25,341 nucleotides of DNA from Octopus sinensis (GCF_006345805.1 NW_021836186.1:1-25341), one strand, 5' to 3'; shown: positions 10,976-21,857, counted from the first letter of the stretch. The notes: a model not told the origin generated them from the letters alone. Program-made: numbers and translations.

Positions 10976-11049
10976 CTCTAAAGCATCCTGAATGCCAGGT
11001 GGTGGGGTTAAACTGAACAAGGGATTTAATCTACCGTCCATGTAGGCGA

Positions 11050-11285
11050 CCACTGTGGAATTTGAACTGAGAATGCAAAAAGCCGGAACAAAAACTAAGA
11101 GGCATCTGTTAAGACGCTCTTATATTTCCGCCAAATCACTTCCCAAAATTGGTACTTTTTTATCGACCGCTAAAGGACGAAAGGCAAAGTTTGACTTCAG
11201 CAGGGATTGAACTCAGAACGTAGAGGGAAAGACCAAAGACTACGTGGTAGTCTATGCGACGCTCTATTGACTCTGCAAATTCGAC
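11050..11285 (-). mobile_element. Two old, diverged SINE A-related fragments
   Basis: GGAATTTGAACTGAGAA and AAAGGACGAAAGGCAAAGTTTGAC...TGAACTCAGAACGT match the SINE A B-box region in reverse. Confidence 0.65.
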
Positions 11286-11422
11286 TTTTGTTTTTCTTTT
11301 CTTTGTTATCGCCCAAGCAAAAGAGGAATTGCTTTCCCTTACGATCCAAGGCCTCAGGGCTGAGGCAAATTGAATAATTTATCTTCAGTCGAACACCTGA
11401 AGGACGTCTGCAAAATCACCCA

Positions 11423-11980
11423 ATCTTTATCTTTTGATATATCATTTATTGTTTCAGTCATTGAACTGTGGCCATGCTGGGGCACCGCCTTGAACGGCTT
11501 AGTACTTATTTTATCGGAATCATTTTCCGAACCGCTAAGTTACAGGAACGAAAAGAAATCGACGAGCGGTGGTAGGGACAAACACAATCACAAACACTCA
11601 TACACACATATAATCATATAGATACATACATTCATACGTACATACATACACACATTCATACACACATACATACACACATTCATACACACATACATACATG
11701 CACCAATACATACATATATAGAAATATATACATACATACATGCATACATACATGCATACATACATACATACATACATACATACATACATACATACATGCA
11801 TACATACATACATGCATACATACATACATGCATACATACATACATACATACATACATACATACATACATGCATACATACATACATACATACATGCATACA
11901 TACATGCATACATACATACATGCATACATACATACATGCATACATACATACATGCATACATACATACATACATACATACA

Positions 11981-12014
<34 letters not shown>

Positions 12015-12179
12015 AAACAGGGGGTTTCACAATTCTCCGCCTACTACATTCACTGACAAAGCGTAGGTTGGTCCCGGGGCTATAAGAAAAGACTCTTGCC
12101 CAAGGCGTCACACTGTGAGAATGAAACCGAAACCACGCGGTTACCAGGCAAAATTCTTAACCACGCAGTAGCCATGCCT
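11423..12179 (-). mobile_element. SINE family B split by a greatly expanded internal (TACA)n/(TGCA) array
   Basis: 3' half at 11423-11620 and 5' half at 12015-12179 are collinear with the 868-1263 and 5451 copies; the array at ~11624-12012 occupies the position of the family's internal microsatellite. Confidence 0.8.
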
Positions 12180-12261
12180 GGTGATTATATTAAAACGGGC
12201 GACGAACCATGTTTACTATCCAAGAACAGGAACGGTCTCTTTAACTGGATTCCACACAATT

Positions 12262-12370
12262 TTCGTCTACCAAATTTCATTTACAATGCTTTGATCGACC
12301 AGGGTGCAGTGCAATAAATTTGAACCTGAAATCATGTAGACCCGAACGAAGTTCTTAACCACACAGCTAT
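12262..12370 (-). mobile_element. Internally deleted SINE B 5' fragment
   Basis: CGTCTACCAAAT...ACAATGCTTTGATCGAC and TTGAACCTGAAATCATG...TTCTTAACCACACAGC match the SINE B 5' half. Confidence 0.65.
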
Positions 12371-12617
12371 GTTTTCACCCAAATTTTGACAAAATTAGTA
12401 ATATTACCTACAGCTGTTGTTGTTGTTCTTCTTGTTGCTGATGTTGTTGTTGTTGTTGATAGTGGTTTGACAGTAGTAGTGATGGTGGTGGTAAGTGTAG
12501 TACTGGTGATGGTTGTTTGGTATTTATGGTAAAGATGGTAGGGTGGTGGTGGTCGCGGAAGTGACAGTATTGATAGTGTAGGTAGTAGTTTCCTGATGAC
12601 GATAATATTGATAATAA

Positions 12618-12828
12618 TTATTTCTTTGTTGCCCATGGGGGAGGGTAAGCATAGAAGGGACAAAGAAGGATAGAAAAACGGATTAAGTCGATTGCATCGA
12701 CTCCAGTGCGTAACTGGTACTTATTTAATCGACCCCGAAAGGATGAAAGGCAAAGTCGATCTCGGCGGAATTTGAACTCAGAACGTAACGGCAGACGAAA
12801 TGCCGCTAAGCGTTTTGCTCGGCGTGCA
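12618..12828 (-). mobile_element. SINE family A, slightly 5'-truncated, tail type 2
   Basis: Aligns with 9041-9274. Confidence 0.9.
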
Positions 12829-12874
12829 GCTACTACCATCACCTAGACCAATACCACGACTACTACCACCACCA

Positions 12875-13070
12875 CTTTTTCTACTCTAGGCGCAAGGCCC
12901 GAAATTTTGGAGGAGGGGCCAGTCAATTGCATCGACCCCAGTACGCAACTGGTATTTACTTTATCAACCCCGAAAGGATGAAAGGCAAAGTCGAACCCGG
13001 CGGCATCTGAACGAAATACCGCTTAGCATATCGCCCGGCGCGGTAACGACTCTGCCAGCTCGCCGCCTTA
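12875..13070 (-). mobile_element. SINE family A, tail type 1, deletion across the B-box
   Basis: Minus strand TAAGGCGGCGAGCTGGCAGAGTCG...GGGCCTTGCGCCTAGAGTAGAAAAAG. Confidence 0.88.
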
Positions 13071-13278
13071 GTATAAAATGATTGATAATATTGTACGTAA
13101 TGGTAGTATATGTGGTGGTATTGATTGCTGTGGTTTCAGTAATAGTGGTGGTATTGCTGATAGTGCTGGTGGTACTTGTAGTAGCACACTTGTAACTTAT
13201 TATTGTTGTATTACAGGTTTCTAGCTGTGGTGATCGAGGTATATTATTCATAGTTGCTGGTATTAATGATGTCTGGAT

Positions 13279-13512
13279 TAAGGCCGCGAGCTGGCAGAAT
13301 CGTTGGCACACCGGGCGAAATGCTTACCGGTATTTCGTCTGCCGCTACGTTCTGAGTTCAAATTCCGCCGAGGTCGACTTTGCCTTTTATCCTTTCGGGG
13401 TCGATTAAATAAGTACAAGTTACGCACTGGAGTCGATATAATAGACTTAATCCGTTTGTCTGTCCTTGTTTGTTCCCTCTGTGTTTAGCCCCTTGTGGGT
13501 AGTAAATAAATA
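13279..13512 (+). mobile_element. SINE family A, full length, tail type 2 (first monomer of a dimer)
   Basis: TAAGGCCGCGAGCTGGCAGAATCG...GAGTTCAAATTCC...TTTGTTCCCTCTGTGTTTAGCCCCTTGTGGGTAGTAAATAAATA. Confidence 0.92.
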
Positions 13513-13684
13513 GGTATTTCGTCTGTCTTTACGCTCTGAGTTCAAATTCCGCCGAGGTCGACTTTGCCTTTCATCCTTTCGTGGTCGATAAATTAAGTAC
13601 CAGTTGCGTACTGGGGTCGATCTAATCGACTGGCCTCCTCCCACAAAAATGTCGGGCCTTGTGCCTTGAGTAGAAATAATTATT
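13513..13684 (+). mobile_element. SINE family A, 5'-truncated second monomer, tail type 1
   Basis: Begins GGTATTTCGTCTGTCTTTACG; ends GGGCCTTGTGCCTTGAGTAGAAATAATTATT. Confidence 0.9.
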
Positions 13685-14715
13685 AGTGTTTGGATTGGTA
13701 TTGGCATTATTGTTGTGGTTGATGGTGATGGTGGTGGTGGTGATGGTGCTAGTGCTGATGGTGGTGCTGGTGGTGGTAAAAGTGGTGGTAGTAGTGTTGA
13801 TAGTGGTGTTGATAGTGGTGATGCTGGTGATGCTTGTGGCGGTGAGGGTGGGCAAGCCGGTGGTAGTAATGGTGATGGTGGTGGTGATAATAGTATCGAT
13901 GGTGGGTTGGTGGTGTTGGTTCGAGTAGTGATGGTGGTGGGACTATAATGATGGTAGTAGTGGTGGTGATAGTGGTGGAGATGCTTGTGAAGGTGGTTAT
14001 TGTGGTGATGGTTATGGTGGTGGTGGTGGTGGTGGTGGTGTTTGTAGTAATTTTGGTAGTGGTGGTTGTGGTGGTGGGGATGATTGCGTAGGAATTGTTG
14101 GTTGTTTGTGTTAGTGCTAACGCTTCTGTTGGTTTTTCGTTCTATTAGCGGTAATGGTAGCAAAGCATGTAATCTTGAAGGTGGCGGTGATGGCCGTAGT
14201 GTTGGTAGAGGCGGTGGTGGTGGTGGTGGTGGTGGTGGTGGTGGTGGTGGTGGTGGTGGTGGTGGGTGGTGGTGGTGGTGGTGGTGGTGGCCGTGGTGAT
14301 TGCAAGTAGTGTTGGTAGAGGCGATGGTGTGGTGGTGGTGGTGGTGGTGGTGGTGGTGGTGGTGGTGGTGGTGGCGGTGATGGCCGTAGTGTTGGTAGAG
14401 GCGATGGTGGTGGTGGTGGTGGTGGTGGTGGCGGTGATGGCCTTAGTGTTGGTAGAGGCGATGGTGGTGGTGGTGGTGGTGGTGGTGGTGTGGTGGCGGT
14501 AATGGCCGTAGTGTTGGTAGAGGCGATGGTGGTGGTGGTGGCGGTGATGGCCTTCGTGTTGGTAGAGGCGATGGTGGTGGTGGTGGTGGTGGTGGTGGTG
14601 GTGGTGGTGCGGTGATGGCTGTAGTGTTGGTAGAGGCGGTGGTAGCGATGGTGGTGTTGGTGGTAGCCGCAGCGGCTGTGATGGTGGTAGCGGTGGTTGG
14701 GTTTGGTGGTGGCAT
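13685..14715. repeat. (GGT)n-rich low-complexity block containing a 7-copy compound minisatellite (14180-14640)
   Basis: Core GGCGGTGATGGCCGTAGTGTTGGTAGAGGCG recurs at ~14183, 14290, 14373, 14430, 14495, 14540 and 14609, separated by variable (GGT)n. Confidence 0.9.
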
Positions 14716-14794
14716 TCGTTGTGGTGGAATAACTTGTTTATGTGCGTAAGGAAGTGAAGTGTCGTGATGTCAGTGTCTAAGACAACAAACAAAC

Positions 14795-14833
14795 GCAGCC
14801 ATGTTTATTTTTTTCTTTGTTCAAGATGGCGGC
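14795..14833. promoter_or_regulatory. Inverted pair of YY1/Pho-like motifs
   Basis: GCAGCCATGTTT (14795-14806) and AAGATGGCGGC (14823-14833) match the AAnATGGCnGC consensus on opposite strands. Motif match only; function not shown. Confidence 0.3.
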
Positions 14834-15109
14834 GGCGGCGGCGGAAACGATCAATGATGAACGCTACATTTGCTCTCCATAGCAATTGAATTTAGATCGG
14901 TAATGGCAGACAAATTAGTTTATGAGGCATTCCTAACTCACTCACTGACTGACTGAGCGTGGCTGACGTTGGCTTGAGTGTGTGTCGGGTAAGATTGTTT
15001 TTCGGTGTCCACAGCGGCGGTGACGATGAATGTCAGCGACGGCGTGGTGGTGATGGCGATGGTGGCCGTGTAGATTACTAAAGATAAGAGCACGATGCAA
15101 AATGCATGT

Positions 15110-15409
15110 GTGCGCGTGTGTATGTGTATGTTTAGATATATATTTATACATGTGTATATACATATATATATATATAAACATACAGACATATATATATGTA
15201 TATATATATACATACACACATATATATATGTGTATATATATATACATACACACATATATACACACACGTATATATAGTATATATACTATATATTATATAC
15301 ATATATATATACACATATATATACATGCATATATGTGTATATACATATGTGAGTGTGCGTGTGTGTGCTTATATGTATTGTGCACGTGTATATATGTCTA
15401 TATATATAT

Positions 15410-15464
<55 letters not shown>

Positions 15465-15655
15465 TTATGTGTGCACGTATATATATATGTATATATATAT
15501 ATATATGCATATATACGCATACATATATGTATGTATGCACGTGTATCTATATCTTATATATATTATATAATATATATAAGTATAATTGTGTGTGTGTTGT
15601 GTGTGTGTGGTGTGTGTGTTATAGATATAATATATATATATATATATATATACAC
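15110..15655. repeat. (TA)n/(CA)n/(TG)n compound microsatellite
   Basis: Directly visible. Confidence 0.95.
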
Positions 15656-15739
15656 CCACACGAAGAGAATAGAGAAACAAAATCTAAGAAAGGTGATTGT
15701 TTCAATTCTGTGACGGGTGACTTTTGTAGTCATTCATAA

Positions 15740-16010
15740 TTTTGTGTTGTTATTGCTGTTGTTGTTGTTGCCGATGCTGAAGTTTTTATTGTCGTTATTG
15801 TTGTTGTTGTTGTTGTTGTGTTGTTGTGTTGTTGTTGTTATGATGGTTATATTGTTATTACTGATGCTAATATTTACATTGTTGTCGACGACGTCCTGGT
15901 CATTGCGTTTTGTTCCTCATGTTTGTTTGTTTGTTGGTTTTGTTCTTTTGACTACCATTGTTGTTATTGTTGATGTTGTTGTTGACGTCGTCCTAACTGC
16001 TGTTGATGTT
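15740..16010. repeat. Degenerate (TTG)n low-complexity tract
   Basis: Directly visible. Confidence 0.85.
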
Positions 16011-16111
16011 GTCCATTTCTGCAATGTTTAATTAATTAATTGGCGCTAATATACCAATCGGGGTTGGCAAGCGCTAAACTGGAGCACAAACAAACTTGCC
16101 ATTTTGTTAAA

Positions 16112-16321
16112 GAGAGAGAAAGAGAGAGAATGAGAGAGAGAAGAGTGTGTGTGTGTGTGTGCGCATGCGTATGTGTGTGTGTAAGCGAAGGAGTGAAACA
16201 GACAGAGACAAACTTAGCAGAAAGGGAAGTGTCTGAGTGGAGGGTGTGAAAAGATAGAACGGAAATAGGTCGATTATATAGAACTTGAGAACTCATAGTA
16301 GAATGTTTAGCAATATATAGG

Positions 16322-16355
<34 letters not shown>

Positions 16356-16396
16356 ATACATGCATGCATATATATATATATACACATATATATACA

Positions 16397-16428
<32 letters not shown>

Positions 16429-16770
16429 GATATATATATATAGATATATATATATATATAGATAATTAATTAATAAGGGTGAAGAATTAGATACTAATTT
16501 AATAGTATATCTATAAAGTTGAAACCTTTTGGATTAACTGGTGCTAGAGTGAGCCATATAGTGACCACTCTCTTATATTTTTTATATATATATAGATATT
16601 ATATATATATATTATATCATATATACATATACATACATACTATATATATTAATATATATATACATATATATATATACATTTATATTTACATATATGTATA
16701 TTTGTATATACACACACAATATGTACACATATACACACACACACACAACACACACACACACCCACAACAC

Positions 16771-16818
<48 letters not shown>
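16112..16818. repeat. (GA)n, (GT)n, (TA)n and (CA)n microsatellite cluster
   Basis: Arrays at ~16112-16185, 16324-16470 and 16580-16818, with short unique spacers. Confidence 0.85.
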
Positions 16819-16819
<1 letters not shown>

Positions 16820-17574
16820 TGAGCACAATAAATGCCCTAGATGAAGAATTCGGAGTTCAAGTTGAAATTATCTGAGCACTATTATGTGTATTCTATACTG
16901 AGCATATTTAGCTTTCACCTGTATATATGCACGCGCGCGTGTGTTTGTATGTGTGTCTATGTATGTTATGTATGTTATATATATATATGTATCTCAAACA
17001 TTGTTGCGTAACAGTATAATCATTAGCATATATTACAGTATAAGACATATTAATATTATTGAACCTTATTCAGGCTTATTGAGCTCCTTCGTAGAATTTC
17101 GCGCGAAAATACTAAATTCTAAATGTATTTGATGAATATCTATAATCATATGACTCCTCTTCCGTGATTTTAATTTTAAATCTAATTTCTCAGACAATTT
17201 GACATAGAAGATCTACACCCAGGGGGATTTAATTTCTAATAAATCTCATGTTCTATTTTACGTCAGATACGAGTATAAATAACCGAGTAAAGTTGAGTCA
17301 AATACCTTTCTACAAATTGCTGATCTTGCAGATAGATGTCTATGTATTTTTATGTGCTTTTCTTCTTCAGGAAAATAAATGTGTGTCTAAGGTAACGAAA
17401 GAAAAACATCACTTTAGTGATGTTCGGTGTATTCCATTTACATTGTATATTTTTTGTTAGCGTAACCCTTATTAATGTCCATTGACTCGTTTGTAGATTT
17501 TGACACAGAAATACATTAATCGCTTATTGGACGAATATTCATATAAACTCGTCTATGTTTGTCTGCCTGTGCAG

Positions 17575-17728
17575 AGAGACAGACAGACAGATAGACAGAC
17601 AGATAGATAGATAGATAGATAGATAGATATATAGATAGATAGATAGGTAGTTAGATAGACGACAATAGATAGATAGAATATATAGATAGATAGATAGATA
17701 GAAGATAGATAGATAGATAGATAGTAGG

Positions 17729-17818
<90 letters not shown>

Positions 17819-17838
17819 GATAGATAGATAGATAGATA
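17575..17838. repeat. (GATA)n/(GACA)n microsatellite
   Basis: Directly visible. Confidence 0.95.
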
Positions 17839-19419
17839 TGAAAATATCTTTGATAAGTAACCAAATAGCTATCGTGATGAACTTCTTATCAGTTTGGAAA
17901 GTAAGTAGAATCACTATGAAAGGAATATTACCATAAGTACTAATTAATATATTAATAGATGATTTGAAACTATTAATTAAATATATTTAAAGATAAGTAT
18001 TTAAGCGTTATCAGTGTCACATACTTAGTGTATGTGGGCTAGTAAATACTGTGATGCGGCGATAATTCGACCAAGGGAGAATTCTTGAATGGCGTACCAT
18101 GTTTAAAAGCACAGCATATCTCAAAACTAGACTAAACGGAATTGCCCATGATGTGAAAGAGAGCGACATATATCAATATTTCACGGTCATTTCCGCTCTT
18201 CGTGGCCACGCAACCACCACCTCCGAAACGACTCGTCCCAAACAGGTATGTAAACAAAAAACGTAACACTCCATTTGCTGACGTACAAAAGCATCGTACA
18301 AGAAAAGAAAAATTCAAATTTTGTGTTTAAAACTAATTAATAATTTAAGCATTATCAATATCTCGCACTGAATGTTAGTAAATCTGTGTTAGTAAAACTG
18401 GCTTTTTTTCGTCCATATGAGACTCCTTTAACTAAAGTCAATGACACTGTGTATTCTAGTTTTCAAAAGCAGAAATTAGTTTTATATAATGGTCCTCTCT
18501 ATAAATGCTCTGTTTCGTACCCCCTACATTGACCTATAGTCGTACTTTTTACTTGTTCTGGTCCGCTAATGTACTTATAAATGTGTCTGTATTAATAAAA
18601 TTAGACCTACACTGAAATATCTGTCTCCCATCTACCTTATAAAGTTACCCCACTCTTGCCTTAAGGTTCTTTTTGTCTTTGCAAATTTCCCTTACCGCCT
18701 TGCCTTTCATTTATCATTAATTTATTTATTTATTCAGATATTCTATCAGTTTATTATATTTCTTTATAACGTTTAGCCTTATTTCCACCATTCTCTTCAA
18801 TCGCAACTCCTAATGGTACTTTATCACTTTATTCTTTGAATAGGATTCTATTGCAAACTTATTTAGCCAGAATCTCTGGTTCTTTATAAGCTCTACAATA
18901 TAATACAACAAAATAACATCCCATTCAATGTTTCCGATATAATACAAATATCTTTATTATCTAATCCTGTAACTTCTACTCTAACTATTCTATTATACTA
19001 CACAATATTTATCCTTCGCTTTTAAATCCTTTTTTACTAACACTATTAATTTAAAATTTTTAATCATTTAATTATATAATTGATTCATGCTTTCTCCTAT
19101 CAATCTATACCATACAATATGTGTATGTGTGCGTGCACGCGCATATCGTGTGTTATTTTTCATTCTATGCAACATCAAGGGCTATACTAATTTATACTGG
19201 TTCACTACACCGCACTAAATATGTATTATATAACACTTCGTTATTTTATCAGAATCTATTTTGCTAGAGTTTTATTCCACCCCAGCCCAAACCTGTTCTG
19301 TATTACTACTTAATATTATTTATTCAATTCATTTAGTACAAAGTATTTCAATATTAATTCATTTAATCCCTTTAAATTATCGGCTATCTCGTGCTGTTGG
19401 CGCCGGCATTATTTGTGGG

Positions 19420-19700
19420 TTGGTGATTGACGATGCTGGTGATTGCGATGGTGGTGGTAGTGATGGCGATCGTCATCGTCATAGCCGAGAACCTATTCGC
19501 TTTGTTGTTGCTGTTGTTGTTGTTATTGTTGGGAGTAATGGCCGTCGTTGCCGTAATCATTATGGTGGACGTAATTTTGTTTCTGTTACTGCTGTTGGTA
19601 GTGGTGGTAGTGGTAGTGGTGGTGGTGGTGGTGGTGGTGGTAGTTTTGATGGTAGAGCTGGTGGATGTGATGGTGGTGGTGGTGATCTTACTACTGTTCT
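19420..19700. repeat. Degenerate (GGT/GTT/GAT) trinucleotide low-complexity tract
   Basis: Directly visible; explains the ORFs on both strands here. Confidence 0.8.
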
Positions 19701-19901
19701 TGGTAGTGAGGTCATTGCTGATCCTGCTGATATTCACACTTCTCAGGATGGTTCCGACTACGCAATTTTTGTGAAGAAGTCATCTGTTGAAGAACCAAAA
19801 ATGTCTGAAATTTTATCCTACGCGTTCCTGCGGTCTGTCTATATTTGTGCACGTGTTATACATACGCCAAGGTAGGTAATAACTCGAATGGAGAAACATA
19901 T

Positions 19902-20285
19902 GGAAGCACTCCGTCGGTTACGACGACGAGGGTTCCGGTTGATCCGAATCAACGGAACAGCCTGCTCGTGAAATTAACGTGTAAGTGGCTGAGCACTCCA
20001 CAGACACGTGCACCCTTAACGTAGTTCTCGGGGATATTCAGCGTGACACAGAGAGTGACAAGGCCGGCCCTTTGAAATACAGGTACAACAGAAACAGGAA
20101 GTAAGAGTGAGAGAAAGTTGTGGTGAAAGAGTACAGCAGGGATCACCACCATCCCCTGCCGGAGCCTCGTGGAGCTTTAGGTGTTTTCGCTCGATAAACA
20201 CACTCAAACGCCCGGTCTGGAATCGAAACCGCGATCCTACGACCACGAGTCCGCTGCCCTAACCACTGGGTCATTGCGTCTCCAC
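19902..20285 (-). mobile_element. Full-length tRNA-derived SINE (family D) with 12-bp TSD
   Basis: Minus strand head GTGGAGACGCAATGACCCAGTGGTTAGG...GGTTTCGATTCC; direct repeat GGAGAAACATAT at 19890-19901 and 20286-20297. Confidence 0.9.
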
Positions 20286-20364
20286 GGAGAAACATATATA
20301 CAGAGAGAGAAGGTGGAGTAAATGCAACAAAGAGAGAAACGGAAATACAAGATGTTCAAGAAGC

Positions 20365-20515
20365 ATTTAATGGTTTTCGGGCGATTTTTGTACACTGATC
20401 CTTTTCTTGCTCCCCAGAGAAAAAAGTCTGACGGTGTTAAATCAGGTGATCTTGGTGGTCAACGTCCCTTCGAAATAGTCCGTTCACAGAAGAACTCTTG
20501 AAGTAGCGCCATGTG
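20365..20515 (-). mobile_element. Tc1/mariner DDxD (rosa/maT-type) transposase pseudogene fragment
   Basis: Minus frame reads MALLQEFFCERTISKGR*PPRSPDLTPSDFFLWGARKGSVYKNRPKTIK, containing the (W)PPRSPDLTPxDFFLWG catalytic motif; TGA at the W position (20459-20461). Not in the ORF track. Confidence 0.85.
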
Positions 20516-20716
20516 ATGCGCAGGATGAAAAGAGAATCACTGCAGAGGGACGACTTGAACATCCTGTTGTAGAATCATTCAAAAATAGAAAGAGAAAACA
20601 CGAGAGACAGAGAGAAGATCGATATTATTCTGCATTTGTGTGTTCAAATCGCAGACACAGCCGAAATGTTTAACGTAATGAAACAATCATTAAAGTCTAT
20701 AAATTTATGCATTAAA

Positions 20717-20880
20717 AAGTGGTTCTCAACGAGGGTCCACATAACATTTGCTGGGAGATCCATATGGCCCTTTTGGGGTCCATATAAGATTTTGTTGTTA
20801 AAATTTATGCGCAATTAATTGCTTATCCTTCTGTATTGCACAAACTATTTTGACAATTTTTTAATACAATTCCCTATTCA
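20717..20880 (+). mobile_element. Partial hAT-like MITE related to 1809-2065
   Basis: Begins AAGTGGTTCTCAAC; TTGTTGTTAAAATTTATGCGCAATTAATTGCTTA matches 1859-1895. Confidence 0.6.
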
Positions 20881-21005
20881 CTGTCTGAATAGGGAATTAT
20901 TTTCGTATTGATCCGGAACGGATAAAAAGCAATGCCGATTTCGGTGGGACTTGAACTTAGAGCACAGAGAGACAAATCTAATAATCCATTCTAATACAAC
21001 ACAAA

Positions 21006-21141
21006 GTTTGGAGGAGGGGCTATTTGATCATATCGACTCCTAGGCAAAGTCGACCTCAGCGGAATTTGAACTCAGAACGTAAAGATGGACGCAATGTCGC
21101 TATAGATTTCGCCCGGCGTGTTAATTATTCTGCCAACTCGA
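21006..21141 (-). mobile_element. SINE family A, internally deleted, tail type 1 remnant
   Basis: GGCAAAGTCGACCTCAGCGGAATTTGAACTCAGAACG and TTTGGAGGAGGGGC match SINE A in reverse. Confidence 0.8.
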
Positions 21142-21625
21142 TGCGAGGCAATTTATCCAAAATTCTAACATGTTTGCCATTTAACTACAAGTTCTTAATA
21201 TTATCAACCACGGGAGGATGCAAAGCATGGTTGACCACGGCAGGATTTGAACACAGTGCATAAAAAGCTGTAACACAAATTTGTAAAACATTAGATCTAA
21301 CTCTCTAACAATCAAACAATACACCGCTTGTAATAGTTTTTTTTATATTAGTAGTATTAGTAACAGTAGTAGCAACATTTAATTCAATTTCGTCTTCGTC
21401 AACTATCACATAACATGTATTAAGCTGAGATTTTGTTACTACGTGACAATACTCAAATCCCAATTAATGCGAAAAACTTCAACAAGGTTTTATTCCCACT
21501 TGTGTAAGATCTTCGAAAAAGCTTCAAGTCATGCACTAGCCGTTTTTTGCGTGCTTTGTATTCTCTGGGACTGTCAAATTGCTTTTCAAGATATATTATA
21601 TTTACATACTACACGCTGACCCCAC

Positions 21626-21627
<2 letters not shown>

Positions 21628-21659
<32 letters not shown>

Positions 21660-21857
21660 TGCAGGCACACACACACACACACACACACCTCATGTAGATA
21701 TATAGAAGCGCGTGTGTGTAGATCGATGATAGACAGACAGTAAAACAGACATCCAGGCAGATAAACAGGCAGGCAGATAGATAGATACAGAGATAGATAA
21801 ATAGACAGACAGACAGAGAGACAGACAGTAAAAGAGGCAGACAAACACGCAAATAGA

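Noticed and set aside
14826-14882. MAAAAAETINDERYICSP with a strong-looking start context
   Set aside because: Stops after 18 codons and no splice donor precedes the stop; better explained as a YY1-like motif plus GGC repeat.
18500-18990. Possible very old LINE endonuclease relic on the minus strand (DICIISET at 18929-18952, GVAI at 18799-18810, TFIST near 18590)
   Set aside because: The motifs are short, separated by stops and frameshifts, irregularly spaced, and no GDFN motif is visible; needs a translated HMM search.
19261-19875. 204-aa Gly/Ser-rich plus-strand ORF
   Set aside because: Most of it is degenerate GGT/GTT repeat that is open in several frames on both strands; only the final 125 nt were kept as a candidate exon.
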